From: a virus
Taxonomy: Duplodnaviria; Caudoviricetes
Virus record (IMG/VR): IMGVR_UViG_3300042402_000298
Coordinates: 1-55,719 of that record
Length of the DNA stretch: 55,719 nt
Direction: 5' to 3' (one strand)
A model generated the notes under the pieces. It was given only the letters and a program-made list of their open reading frames with translations. It made no database searches and had not been told where the DNA came from. The position numbers were made by a program, and so were the translations under genes. Every line of letters starts with the position of its first letter. Position 1 is the first letter of the stretch. Shown here piece after piece: positions 7,761 through 15,893 of the stretch.

Positions 7761-7928
7761 TTAACTAAACCACAAGTACAAGCCGTGCAAAATGCCGATG
7801 GGAAAGAAGATTGCCCCAGCTATCAGAAACCCCCACGCCGCGGTGATAAAGCAGGTGAAGACGTGGGTCAGCCATGCCGCGATCATCAGGATGACCAACC
7901 CTACCCCAAACAATGTGCCGTCGCTCAT
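7761..7928 (-). CDS. 55-aa two-TM membrane protein
   Basis: Start revised to ATG 7928 (ATGA overlap); almost entirely hydrophobic. Confidence 0.7.
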   Translation of the reverse strand: MSDGTLFGVGLVILMIAAWLTHVFTCFITAAWGFLIAGAIFFPIGILHGLYLWFS

Positions 7929-8152
7929 TCTGAGGCCTCCACAGGCTCGTTTTGGTACCGGACATCCAAAGATGCCTCCACATTGCTGATCGCGGCTTGT
8001 AGGGCTTCTATGAGCTTCTTGGCCCCCTCCGCTGACAGGAGAGTGTTCGCGCTGCCATTGCTGGTCTGGACGTTGACCCAAACCGAGTCGTCTATCGTTG
8101 ACACATAGACAGACTGAAAACGCTCGATGCCTTGTACTTTGATTGATTCCAT
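7925..8152 (-). CDS. Hypothetical protein
   Basis: 75 aa; SD AGGGGG. Confidence 0.7.
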   Translation of the reverse strand: MESIKVQGIERFQSVYVSTIDDSVWVNVQTSNGSANTLLSAEGAKKLIEALQAAISNVEASLDVRYQNEPVEASE

Positions 8153-8165
8153 GATTACCCCCTAA

Positions 8166-8453
8166 TTAACGTGAAGTGACTTTAACGCTGAAGACGGCAG
8201 CGGTCTTGGTGTAGGCAGCAAGCTGCTCGTCAGTGATGCCGAGGTCTGCAGCCAGACGCTTCCAGTCGATAGTGCTGCGGTTGGACTCGATAACGGTAGC
8301 CTTGAACAGCGAACCCTCGAAGGACTTGGAACCGCCGGGCGCTGTAGCCGCATCTTTGAGATCGTCCTTGATGGCGGTGGCCTGAGCCTCGAGATCAGCA
8401 ATCTGAGCCAGCAAGGTACCGAGTGTGTCGATGGTGTTGATGTCGTTTTTCAT
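8166..8453 (-). CDS. Hypothetical coiled-coil protein
   Basis: 95 aa; SD AGGAG; own promoter. Confidence 0.8.
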   Translation of the reverse strand: MKNDINTIDTLGTLLAQIADLEAQATAIKDDLKDAATAPGGSKSFEGSLFKATVIESNRSTIDWKRLAADLGITDEQLAAYTKTAAVFSVKVTSR

Positions 8454-8498
8454 GGTGTTCGCTCCTGTCGCATCCGATCCAACTTGACCGTGAGACAG

Positions 8499-8528
8499 AG
8501 TTTAATTCCACGTTAAACGACATGTCAA
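8499..8528 (-). promoter_or_regulatory. Promoter with 18-bp putative operator
   Basis: TTGACA-18bp-TAAACT; operator TAATTCCACGTTAAACGA at 8503-8520. Confidence 0.65.
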
Positions 8529-8535
8529 CAACAAA

Positions 8536-8826
8536 TTAAAATATTTTTTCGTCTTGCTCGATTGGCAATCCGTCGCACAGCAGGCGCTGGATGGTGACGT
8601 TCAGGGCGTCCAGTTCGTCCATCTTGCGGATGCGCCACAAGGCTTTAGTGCCATGCCAGCCCATTGTGCCTTGGTGGCAGTCATAGCAAAGGGCCACAGT
8701 GGTGTATTGCTGGCCCTGATTGATGTGGTGTGCTGAGCTGGGCGGCGGGGCGTTGCAGACGCTACAGGGCAGGCTCTTAACCCTTTCCAGATGCTTACGT
8801 TCAGCCGCGGTCAGCTTGTTGTTCAT
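8536..8826 (-). CDS. Zn-binding HNH-like nuclease (DUF968/DUF1364-like)
   Basis: LPCSVC..HHI..ALCYDCHQG. Confidence 0.7.
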   Translation of the reverse strand: MNNKLTAAERKHLERVKSLPCSVCNAPPPSSAHHINQGQQYTTVALCYDCHQGTMGWHGTKALWRIRKMDELDALNVTIQRLLCDGLPIEQDEKIF

Positions 8827-9155
8827 ATCGTCGCCTTGAACTCCGCCCGGTTACTGGCCTCTTGGCTGCGCCATACTTCGACCCTCGCCTGAGCTGCGAC
8901 CATCTCCCACCGCAGGCGCTCTTCCTGTTCGACCGCTTCTTTCAGACCGTTCAGCAGCTCAATGTACTCAGGGTGACTGTAGGCTTCACGCTCCTGCGCA
9001 TTGACCGCGGTCTCCATCGAGCGCTTCATGAGAATTGCTTTCAAACTCTTGCGGTACTCTTCCATGTACACCCGATCAGCCTTTGCTTTGGCATAGAACT
9101 TACCGTTGTCACGGATAAAGTCCACGGCCTTATTTGGATCGATCTCCCTGTCCAT
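8823..9155 (-). CDS. Hypothetical helical protein
   Basis: Start revised to ATG 9155 (SD GAGGTG); coiled-coil character. Confidence 0.7.
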   Translation of the reverse strand: MDREIDPNKAVDFIRDNGKFYAKAKADRVYMEEYRKSLKAILMKRSMETAVNAQEREAYSHPEYIELLNGLKEAVEQEERLRWEMVAAQARVEVWRSQEASNRAEFKATI

Positions 9156-9303
9156 ACTCACCTCGCTGTGATTTTTTATGACACTGCTCACATAGCCAGC
9201 GTTGTCTCATTCCATCTGCAAACCGCTCATACATCCCGCCGTTCACTGGCTTGGTCTCCCGGCAATTCGAGCAGCGCCTCGGGACTGCGTTGTTCCACGA
9301 CAC
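9130..9303 (-). CDS. 57-aa zinc-ribbon protein (RRCSNC...RWLCEQC), not in ORF track
   Basis: GTG start with AAAGG upstream; CxxC..CxxC; resembles 5028..5189. Confidence 0.55.
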   Translation of the reverse strand: MSWNNAVPRRCSNCRETKPVNGGMYERFADGMRQRWLCEQCHKKSQRGEYGQGDRSK

Positions 9304-9415
9304 GATTAACTACCTTTCGTACTTGAGTCTTATGTAACTTATACCGCTTCGCGATTGATCCAATTGAGTCGCCCCTCATCCATGCCCGATACATCTCAAT
9401 GTCGGACGGATTCAT
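9227..9415 (-). CDS. Small HTH protein (Mor/sigma-4-like)
   Basis: GDSIGSIAKRYKLHKTQVRKVV HTH pattern. Confidence 0.55.
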   Translation of the reverse strand: MNPSDIEMYRAWMRGDSIGSIAKRYKLHKTQVRKVVNRVVEQRSPEALLELPGDQASERRDV

Positions 9416-9584
9416 TCCTTACCCCCATCATCATGTCCGCCATGTCGAAAGCAGTTTCAGCAATAAACCGACGGTTGTTTTCGTTCTCTAAAATTTCCAA
9501 CTGATCAATCGATGACATTATTCCCTGTAATGCAAACGCTGCAAAGGCACAGCGCATCTGCTCTTCAGTGTCAAACATACTCAT
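9396..9584 (-). CDS. Hypothetical phage protein
   Basis: FAAFALQG..AFDMADMM pattern common in phage small ORFs. Confidence 0.7.
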   Translation of the reverse strand: MSMFDTEEQMRCAFAAFALQGIMSSIDQLEILENENNRRFIAETAFDMADMMMGVRNESVRH

Positions 9585-10039
9585 GAGAATGTCCTCCGTG
9601 CGTACTCCGCGATCAACAATGCTTCAGCCTTCCCGTGATCCTTCTTCAACAATAACGTCGCCTGCGGAAACGCAATCCTCGCCGCGGCTAGTGACTCGTT
9701 TTTATCCGATGTCACGCTCATGGCTTTTTTCCAAACTTGTGGCGTAACGTAAAAAATCCTCTCGCACATAAGTTCAGCGACAGCACCAATAGCCCCAAAG
9801 GCGCGCATAAAACGACCAGTAGAGGCAATGCCTTGTTTTGGCATCGTCCAAACCTGTTCCAAACAGATTGCATAGTCATCCCCCGGTATCGTCAAGTCTA
9901 ATATCAACTGCTTCAATGCTCGGGCATCAATACGGTCTTGCTCGGCAGGTATGTCATATGCCCCAATGAACAACCCGCTATGGTCGATTGCTGCGATGGC
10001 CCCAGTGCGTAAGCCGGGGTCTATTCCGATCCAAATCAT
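9581..10039 (-). CDS. RuvC-like Holliday junction resolvase
   Basis: IGIDPG, CLEQV, TPQVWKK, HGKAEALLIA motifs. Confidence 0.85.
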   Translation of the reverse strand: MIWIGIDPGLRTGAIAAIDHSGLFIGAYDIPAEQDRIDARALKQLILDLTIPGDDYAICLEQVWTMPKQGIASTGRFMRAFGAIGAVAELMCERIFYVTPQVWKKAMSVTSDKNESLAAARIAFPQATLLLKKDHGKAEALLIAEYARRTFS

Positions 10040-10314
10040 TGTCTCTGTGCTGGCAATCGATTCTTGATTGCTTCAGCGGCATTACGAAGGGCTGTACACA
10101 GCTCACCCTCTTCCTCTTCCTCAGCCAGCTTCTCCACTATCTCAGCGCAGGCCTCACGCTCGATCTTGATTGCTGTCTTTGTGGTCTCAATTGCTACCGC
10201 CATGATCTCGGCCTTAGCAATCGCAAGCGCGTCATCAAACTCACGCTGGGTGAACACTTGCACCTGACCGCTGCCTGCTAAGAACTTCTTTTGAAAATCA
10301 CTCATCTCCTTCAT
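10036..10314 (-). CDS. Hypothetical protein, EREACA-motif family
   Basis: Start revised to 10314 (ATGA overlap); IEREACAEIVE..AEAIKNR. Confidence 0.7.
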   Translation of the reverse strand: MKEMSDFQKKFLAGSGQVQVFTQREFDDALAIAKAEIMAVAIETTKTAIKIEREACAEIVEKLAEEEEEGELCTALRNAAEAIKNRLPAQRQ

Positions 10315-10502
10315 TTCCAATCTCCCTTTTCCCCTCGGTTGCCTTTGTCCCACTGAGCTTTAACCACAGCCCGGAGCTGCTGATCATCATGGTTCTTTTC
10401 CCACATTCGCAAAAACTCGTGAGCCTGATTCCGGTCTTTAATCCGCATTCGGATAACTTCTCGTACAAGACACTGCCATATTTCGGTTGGTACATTCTTC
10501 AA
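10311..10502 (-). CDS. Hypothetical protein
   Basis: 63 aa, overlaps both neighbours by 4 nt. Confidence 0.6.
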   Translation of the reverse strand: MKNVPTEIWQCLVREVIRMRIKDRNQAHEFLRMWEKNHDDQQLRAVVKAQWDKGNRGEKGDWK

Positions 10503-10987
10503 TCGCTACCTTCAAAATGTTTACGCTTGATTGCAAACACAACACTACGCGCAGTGGTCGTCAGGTAGTCATGCACACGGTTGGCAAGTTCGGTCTCATC
10601 AAGCTCAAGTTCTTTTAGCTCAGCAGGACACAACAGAACTCTGTTGCAGACTTTGCCGGGTACGCGGTACACAGTCCAACCAGCCTCTCTTAATTTTTTA
10701 TCGCGCCCAGCGTCTCTCTTAGCATCATGCCACTGCGACCCGTCGCACTCAATCGCTACTTTAACAAACGGATTAGCGAAGTCTAAAAAATAATTGAACA
10801 CCGGTAGCTGTGGAAACATCGGAAGGTCTGCAGCCCGTATCTCTGACCACATCGATTCTTCAATCGGTGTAAATATCGAAGCCCAGTCATAAATGTATGG
10901 ATCAACTTTGTGCGGGTCTTCTTTGTATTGTTCTGTCAAACTCGGCATGTGGTCTGCGTAAACTTTTCTGATTTCGTTAAATTTCAT
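10499..10987 (-). CDS. DUF559/Vsr-like PD-(D/E)xK endonuclease
   Basis: YFLDFA..VAIECDGSQWH..RDKKLREAGWTVYR. Confidence 0.8.
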   Translation of the reverse strand: MKFNEIRKVYADHMPSLTEQYKEDPHKVDPYIYDWASIFTPIEESMWSEIRAADLPMFPQLPVFNYFLDFANPFVKVAIECDGSQWHDAKRDAGRDKKLREAGWTVYRVPGKVCNRVLLCPAELKELELDETELANRVHDYLTTTARSVVFAIKRKHFEGSD

Positions 10988-10995
10988 GATAGCCC

Positions 10996-12339
10996 TCAGT
11001 CAAAACCGCGTGATCGCACTGGCTCTCGCATTGCTGGCGGTTGCCACTTAAATGCCACATTCTCAAACCTAGTTTGATTTCCTATGTAAGTCAACGGAAC
11101 CACGCCCGGCTCGCCCTGTCTTTGCTTGGCAAGAATGACTTCACAAATACCCTTGTCCGGCGTGTCTGAGTTGTAGACTTCATCTCGATACAACATCATC
11201 ACCGTTGAGGCATCCTGCTCTATAGAGCCTGAAGACGACAAGTCAGAGAGAATTGGGCGTTTGTTGTTTCGCTTCTCGCATTCCCTGTTGAGCTGGGCCA
11301 ACAGCAACACAGCGCAATCCAGTTCCTTAGCAAGCGCCAACAGACCCCTTGTGTAGTCGCCAATCTCATACGCCTTGTTCTCAGCTTTACTGCCAGAGAT
11401 AAATGAAAGCTGGTCAATTACCAAAAGATCTAGCCCAGACCTGCGCTTAATGAACCGAGCCTTTGATCGGATTGCAGTCAGGTTCAAGCCTGTTTCGTCA
11501 TCGATCCATAGCTTCAAGCGTTGAGCTTTTTCAAAAGCCGCAGTGAGCCGCGTCCAGTTTTCTTCGTCACCTTCGTTCGGCTTACGAAGCCAAGGAATTG
11601 GAATCTGACCCATCGCCGCGATGTTTCGGTCATTGATCTGGGCTTTCGGCATTTCCATTGACAGAAAGCCTACGCTACCCCATTCGGCTACGTTTCGAGC
11701 CAACGCCAGCCCAAAAGCCGTCTTACCCATCGAAGGTCTGGCTGCCAGCACGTTCAAAGTACCCCGCTCGAAGCCCCCGTCCATACGCAGGTCGAGGTCA
11801 AGGAAGCCGGTGGCGATTGGCTTGATGCTGCCATCAACCCGAGCCTGCAGCAGCTCAACGTAGTTGCTCAAAGACTCACCAACAGTCTGCGGATCAAGAC
11901 TCGCTGCATTCTGCGACAGCCGTTCCAATTTATTCGACAGCCAGTCCGTCACCTCCGGCACAGGCATCTTTGCAGCCATGTCTGTCGCCTCTCGGCAAGC
12001 CGCCATAAACTGACGCTTTTTTGCATATTCGATAACGATGTCTGCATGGACGCGAATAGAGGCCGCTGAAGGCGTTCGATGGGCTAGTTGGTTGAGATAT
12101 ACCAACCCATCGTCGATCTCGTCTCTGAGGCCGTCGTAGGCCGTTATAACGTCACAAATTTTGCCCGAGGTTATCTGCCCGCTGATTTCTTGGAAAATTT
12201 TGCGGTGGTCGCCATGGTAAAAATCTTCGGTTGTCAAGTCAGCAACCTTGTCAAGCGCCGCGTTGGAAACCAGCAGGCAACCAAGAACCGCCTGCTCAGC
12301 CTGCATGGAGAACGTCAGGGGTAGATCATGCGCGTTCAT
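10996..12339 (-). CDS. dnaB: Replicative DNA helicase DnaB-like
   Basis: AEQAVLG N-domain, AARPSMGKT, FLSMEM, VIDQL, AQLNR, SGSIEQDA, KQRQG. Confidence 0.95.
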   Translation of the reverse strand: MNAHDLPLTFSMQAEQAVLGCLLVSNAALDKVADLTTEDFYHGDHRKIFQEISGQITSGKICDVITAYDGLRDEIDDGLVYLNQLAHRTPSAASIRVHADIVIEYAKKRQFMAACREATDMAAKMPVPEVTDWLSNKLERLSQNAASLDPQTVGESLSNYVELLQARVDGSIKPIATGFLDLDLRMDGGFERGTLNVLAARPSMGKTAFGLALARNVAEWGSVGFLSMEMPKAQINDRNIAAMGQIPIPWLRKPNEGDEENWTRLTAAFEKAQRLKLWIDDETGLNLTAIRSKARFIKRRSGLDLLVIDQLSFISGSKAENKAYEIGDYTRGLLALAKELDCAVLLLAQLNRECEKRNNKRPILSDLSSSGSIEQDASTVMMLYRDEVYNSDTPDKGICEVILAKQRQGEPGVVPLTYIGNQTRFENVAFKWQPPAMREPVRSRGFD

Positions 12340-13058
12340 GCTGCCTCCCGATGCAGTTTTTCAGCCTGCTGACCAGTAGTCGTCAAGGCATACCCGTTGT
12401 CAGTCGCGTACCAGAGCTTGAACCAGTTACCACGAACCGATTTGCCAAACACCGTCGCCCAATCTTTGTACCGCTTAGCGTCAGGAGCTGCGTACCGATC
12501 CTTAAATTCAAGCCATTGCAATTTTAGAAAGTCGTTGGGCAGACCAACTTTTGCGGCGTACTCAAAAACGGCACTGGTCTCAGGTATCGGCTTACGACCT
12601 TCTTGTTTACAAGTTTTTAAGTAGGTCAGAAGTGAAACCGCGGGGTTACCCCCCTTGGGGGGTTTGGGGGGCTTTTCTATTTGGTTATTGGTTATTGGTT
12701 CTTGGTTATTGGTTGGTTGAACGTCCGTTGAACGGGCGTTGCTCCGACGTTGAGCAGACGCTTTGCCAGCGTTCCTTGCTTGCTCGACTTTACCGCGGTA
12801 ATGCTCGATTTCCCTGTCAGCCCGGCGGTGAATCCAACCAGCTTCTGTCAGCTCGAAGAACTCTTCAAGCACCGCCTTTACCGCCTCTTCATGGTTCCGC
12901 ATGTTGATCTGTCGCGCAACGGACGTAACACCGACGTTCAACGGGCGTTCCTGAAGATAGTACGCATCCAGCAGCCTGCGGTAAGCAAGGTCTTCCAGAT
13001 CGGTGAGGTGGCGGGTATGGCTGGCGTAGTCGCCAATATTGAATTGGTAATAATGCAT
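12336..13058 (-). CDS. Replication initiator, YdaU/DUF1376 family
   Basis: MHYYQFNIGDY..HLTDLEDLAYRRLLDAYY; start revised to 13058 (SD GAGGG); directly upstream of dnaB. Confidence 0.85.
   Translation of the reverse strand: MHYYQFNIGDYASHTRHLTDLEDLAYRRLLDAYYLQERPLNVGVTSVARQINMRNHEEAVKAVLEEFFELTEAGWIHRRADREIEHYRGKVEQARNAGKASAQRRSNARSTDVQPTNNQEPITNNQIEKPPKPPKGGNPAVSLLTYLKTCKQEGRKPIPETSAVFEYAAKVGLPNDFLKLQWLEFKDRYAAPDAKRYKDWATVFGKSVRGNWFKLWYATDNGYALTTTGQQAEKLHREAA
12681..12734. repeat. Iteron-like tandem repeats; putative replication origin inside the initiator gene
   Basis: Five tandem 7-mers TTGGTT(A/C/G) at 12681-12715 plus two GTTGAACG copies; lambdoid origins lie within the initiator gene. 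Confidence 0.6.
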
Positions 13059-13063
13059 GGTAA

Positions 13064-13152
13064 CCCTCATCAAAGGTTGTCATCACGGTAATAGGTGGGA
13101 CGCAGCAGGCCGGTGATGAGTCGGCTTTTCAGGAGCTACCCTAGCTGTTCCC
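13064..13152 (-). promoter_or_regulatory. Structured 5' leader with pseudoknot over the initiator RBS
   Basis: Stem 13097-13109/13140-13152; loop CUCAUCAC (13113-13120) complementary to 13080-13086 and 13066-13072. Confidence 0.55.
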
Positions 13153-13163
13153 GATGAACTATA

Positions 13164-13364
13164 TCAGTCGAAAATATCCGGGCGCAAGACTTTCCGCGGT
13201 ACCTTGCCTTTGGTATGGGCACTAATCGCCACTGCTAACATGGGGCTAGGCATCTTTTGCCCATTGATAATCAGGGACAGCCACGTCTTGCTGACGTTGA
13301 TCGCCTCCGCCATAGCGGTCTTCGCGCCTCGGGGCTGTTTGGCAAACCATTCTTGTAGGGTCAT
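13164..13364 (-). CDS. Cro/YdaS-like HTH regulator
   Basis: AKTAMAEAINVSKTWLSLIING..TKGKVPRKVLRPDIF; first gene of the leftward unit. Confidence 0.85.
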   Translation of the reverse strand: MTLQEWFAKQPRGAKTAMAEAINVSKTWLSLIINGQKMPSPMLAVAISAHTKGKVPRKVLRPDIFD

Positions 13365-13387
13365 AACAATTCTCCGTTTAATGCCTC

Positions 13388-13449
13388 ATTACACCACGTT
13401 AAAAAAGTTTGTGCAAGCTGTTGTAATCTGGAATTAGATGTTGTATCGT
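13388..13449. promoter_or_regulatory. Back-to-back divergent sigma70 promoters
   Basis: Leftward TTGCAC(13416-13411)-17-TGTAAT(13393-13388); rightward TTGTAA(13421)-17-TATCGT(13444); the strand switch occurs here. Confidence 0.6.
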
Positions 13450-13475
13450 TGCAATACTTAACAGGAGGTTACACA

Positions 13476-13721
13476 ATGGAACACTCACCAATTACATTCT
13501 CTAGCGGAAGGAAGAAGGTCACCCCGTACCGCACGAAGACGGGAATTGAGATCGGCAAGTATTACCAGCCGCAGCCTGCTTGGGATGCATCTCATGACAT
13601 GGAGCTGCTGCAGGAATCCTTGCTGACAGATATGAGCATCCTGCGCCGGATCCGCATGAAGAACATTGCCTACGCTTGGATCGTTGGCGCTGCCATCTTC
13701 CTGCTTGTGGTTGCCAAATGA
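13476..13721 (+). CDS. Hypothetical protein with C-terminal TM helix
   Basis: SD AGGAGG, ATG 13476. Confidence 0.75.
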   Translation: MEHSPITFSSGRKKVTPYRTKTGIEIGKYYQPQPAWDASHDMELLQESLLTDMSILRRIRMKNIAYAWIVGAAIFLLVVAK

Positions 13722-13822
13722 TTACCGCAGTCGTTGGCCTAATGATGATTGGCGCCGGGGTAATGGTGCTGGTACTTGGGCTGACGATAGTCCTTGGCAT
13801 CTTGCTTGGGGATGATGAGTAA
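13718..13822 (+). CDS. 34-aa membrane peptide (MITAVVGLMMIGAGVMVLVLGLTIVLGILLGDDE), not in ORF track
   Basis: ATGA and TAATG couplings on both sides. Confidence 0.6.
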   Translation: MITAVVGLMMIGAGVMVLVLGLTIVLGILLGDDE

Positions 13823-14145
13823 TGCCACTCGGGATCGCTACCGCAGTAATTACAGTGGCTGCTGTCACCAGCAAGCCAAGCACTGAGATAGTCAGGATGG
13901 AGCTGACTCGTTACGAAAACGAGAAGGTGACGCTTTACTACCGCAGGTGCGATCAGGAAGAGGGCAGGCTGGCAGTGTACGAGGCACCCAAGAAGAAGCC
14001 TGTGAAGGGCTGCTGGTATTCCGACTTAGGGTCAGCTCAGATCATTTGGGCGAACGGCAAGAGCAACACATTTGAGTTTAGCGAGTTCAACTTGTTTACT
14101 AAAGACACACCCGACACTGGCAAACAACTGGGAGATGAAAGATGA
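13822..14145 (+). CDS. Exported protein with GCW motif (paralog 1)
   Basis: Hydrophobic N-terminus; C..GCWY..IIW. Confidence 0.7.
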   Translation: MPLGIATAVITVAAVTSKPSTEIVRMELTRYENEKVTLYYRRCDQEEGRLAVYEAPKKKPVKGCWYSDLGSAQIIWANGKSNTFEFSEFNLFTKDTPDTGKQLGDER

Positions 14146-14420
14146 AATGGCTTTTACTTTTGACGCTGTGGTGCGGGTCTGCGAACGCTGAAGAATGGAT
14201 GGAGATGGCAAATCAAGCAGGCGGCAAGATCCTACTGCTGAATGGTCGCTGCAACAGTAAGAGCGGCGGTGAAGGCCGCATGGTAATCGCCACGACACCC
14301 TCAGGCACAAACATCAATGGCTGCTGGTACTTCTTTGCAGAGATGATCCACATTGTTTGGGATAGCGGCAGCACTTCCAGCTTCTCGCCAAACGACTTCA
14401 ACTACCGGAAAACCAAATGA
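14142..14420 (+). CDS. Exported protein with GCW motif (paralog 2)
   Basis: Signal peptide MKWLLLLTLWCGSANA; C..GCWY..IVW. Confidence 0.75.
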   Translation: MKWLLLLTLWCGSANAEEWMEMANQAGGKILLLNGRCNSKSGGEGRMVIATTPSGTNINGCWYFFAEMIHIVWDSGSTSSFSPNDFNYRKTK

Positions 14421-14722
14421 ACCGCGATGACATTATCCGCATGGCGCGAGAAGCCTGTGGTGAACCTGCATGGGATGGCGGCGTTGAATGGACTTGGGAA
14501 GAACTTGAACGCTTTGCCAACCTAGTCGCAGCAGCGGAGCGCAACCGTACATGGACTCAAGACCATTGGACGGAGTACGAGCGCAGCATTGCAGCAGAGG
14601 AGCGCGAAGCGTGTGCGAAGGTGGCTGAAGATATGGGCAACATAAGCGGAAACATGAACAAAACATGGCGCAACGGATGTTTTGACGCTGCTTTTGCTAT
14701 CCGAGAGAGGGGAGAGAAATGA
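14417..14722 (+). CDS. Hypothetical, EREACA family
   Basis: MNRDDIIRMAREA..LERFANLV..EREACA..AIRERG. Confidence 0.8.
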   Translation: MNRDDIIRMAREACGEPAWDGGVEWTWEELERFANLVAAAERNRTWTQDHWTEYERSIAAEEREACAKVAEDMGNISGNMNKTWRNGCFDAAFAIRERGEK

Positions 14723-15063
14723 CTGAAGGATCAAATAATATCGGCGTATTCAAAGCCCCTTCCGACATACATTTTATGGGGTATGAGAAAACATCAAACT
14801 CATCGATGCCGCACTCATCCGTAGAGCTAATGAAAATGTCTCGTGATGGCATATGGGTCAACCCTGATATACCTGTAGAGGAAACTGCCAAGCAGGTTCT
14901 TGAAATTCTTGATAACGCGTTGAAGAACATGGTTTGCATAGCAGTGGAAGAGGAACGCGAAGCTTGTGCTTACTTGTGTGACCGAGTTGCCGAAGAGAAT
15001 AGGCATGTAGACGAACAGGCAGAACTCTGCGCGTTCGCTATCCGCGAGAGAGGTGCGCCATGA
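14719..15063 (+). CDS. Hypothetical, EREACA family
   Basis: EREACA..AFAIRERG C-terminus. Confidence 0.75.
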   Translation: MTEGSNNIGVFKAPSDIHFMGYEKTSNSSMPHSSVELMKMSRDGIWVNPDIPVEETAKQVLEILDNALKNMVCIAVEEEREACAYLCDRVAEENRHVDEQAELCAFAIRERGAP

Positions 15064-15275
15064 ACAACCAAAACGTAATCGCACTACCAGCATCAACAAG
15101 CTACACACCAGAACAGGCGTTGCAGTCTGCTTTGAATGAGTCGCTTACGGATGTGTTGATTATTGGGTACGACAATGAGGGCGAGTTGGTTATACGCTCA
15201 TCAAAAATGAGTCGTATGGATGCTTTGTGGATGACAGAGAAGGCGAAAGAGTGGGCGTTGCGGGGTGGGTTATGA
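15060..15275 (+). CDS. Hypothetical phage protein
   Basis: 71 aa, ATGA-coupled. Confidence 0.75.
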   Translation: MNNQNVIALPASTSYTPEQALQSALNESLTDVLIIGYDNEGELVIRSSKMSRMDALWMTEKAKEWALRGGL

Positions 15276-15484
15276 CTGACGCATTACTAATGGACATGGT
15301 CTATGTCGGCTGCGGCGTCATCTTTGGGTTAATCGTTCGCAAGCTTGTCGTGACGTACTGTAAACGCCCGTGGGTGGGGCTGACAGAGGACGAGGCACTT
15401 GCACTTGGCAAACAGTATTACCACAGTCCTGTTTCGCTTATGTACGCTGTCGAAGCCAAGTTAAAGGAAAAGAATCATGACTGA
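15272..15484 (+). CDS. Hypothetical, WxGLT...EAKLKEKN family
   Basis: Start revised to 15272 (ATGA overlap). Confidence 0.7.
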   Translation: MTDALLMDMVYVGCGVIFGLIVRKLVVTYCKRPWVGLTEDEALALGKQYYHSPVSLMYAVEAKLKEKNHD

Positions 15485-15893
15485 CAGAGAACTGATGCAG
15501 ATGGCGCTGGATGCGTTGGAAGAATACGTTGGGGTAGTTGTTTCTGTGAATGACCCTAATGATTGGACACCCAAAGTTGCAGACGCAGGTGAGCCAGCAA
15601 GAAAAGCAATCGAAGCACTCCGCGCCCGACTAGCGGAGCCTGAACAGGAGCCGGTGGCGTGCGACTGTGATAGTCCAGCATGGTGTAAACAATATAAAAA
15701 GTGCCACCGAGCGATGCTTGGGTTTGAACCTTATGTAGCCCCACCACAGCGCGAATGGCAAGGGCTGACGGATGAGGACTGCGAAGAAGTTGAGCGATGG
15801 GTCGAGTTTAAAGAAGAAGGTAGCGGGCGCATCCCAACACTCAAGCTAATTCGATACATCGAAGCCAAGCTGAAGGAGAAGAACAATGGATAA
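15477..15893 (+). CDS. Hypothetical, WxGLT...EAKLKEKN family
   Basis: MTDRELMQMALDALE..EQEPVA..WQGLTDE..IEAKLKEKN. Confidence 0.8.
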   Translation: MTDRELMQMALDALEEYVGVVVSVNDPNDWTPKVADAGEPARKAIEALRARLAEPEQEPVACDCDSPAWCKQYKKCHRAMLGFEPYVAPPQREWQGLTDEDCEEVERWVEFKEEGSGRIPTLKLIRYIEAKLKEKNNG

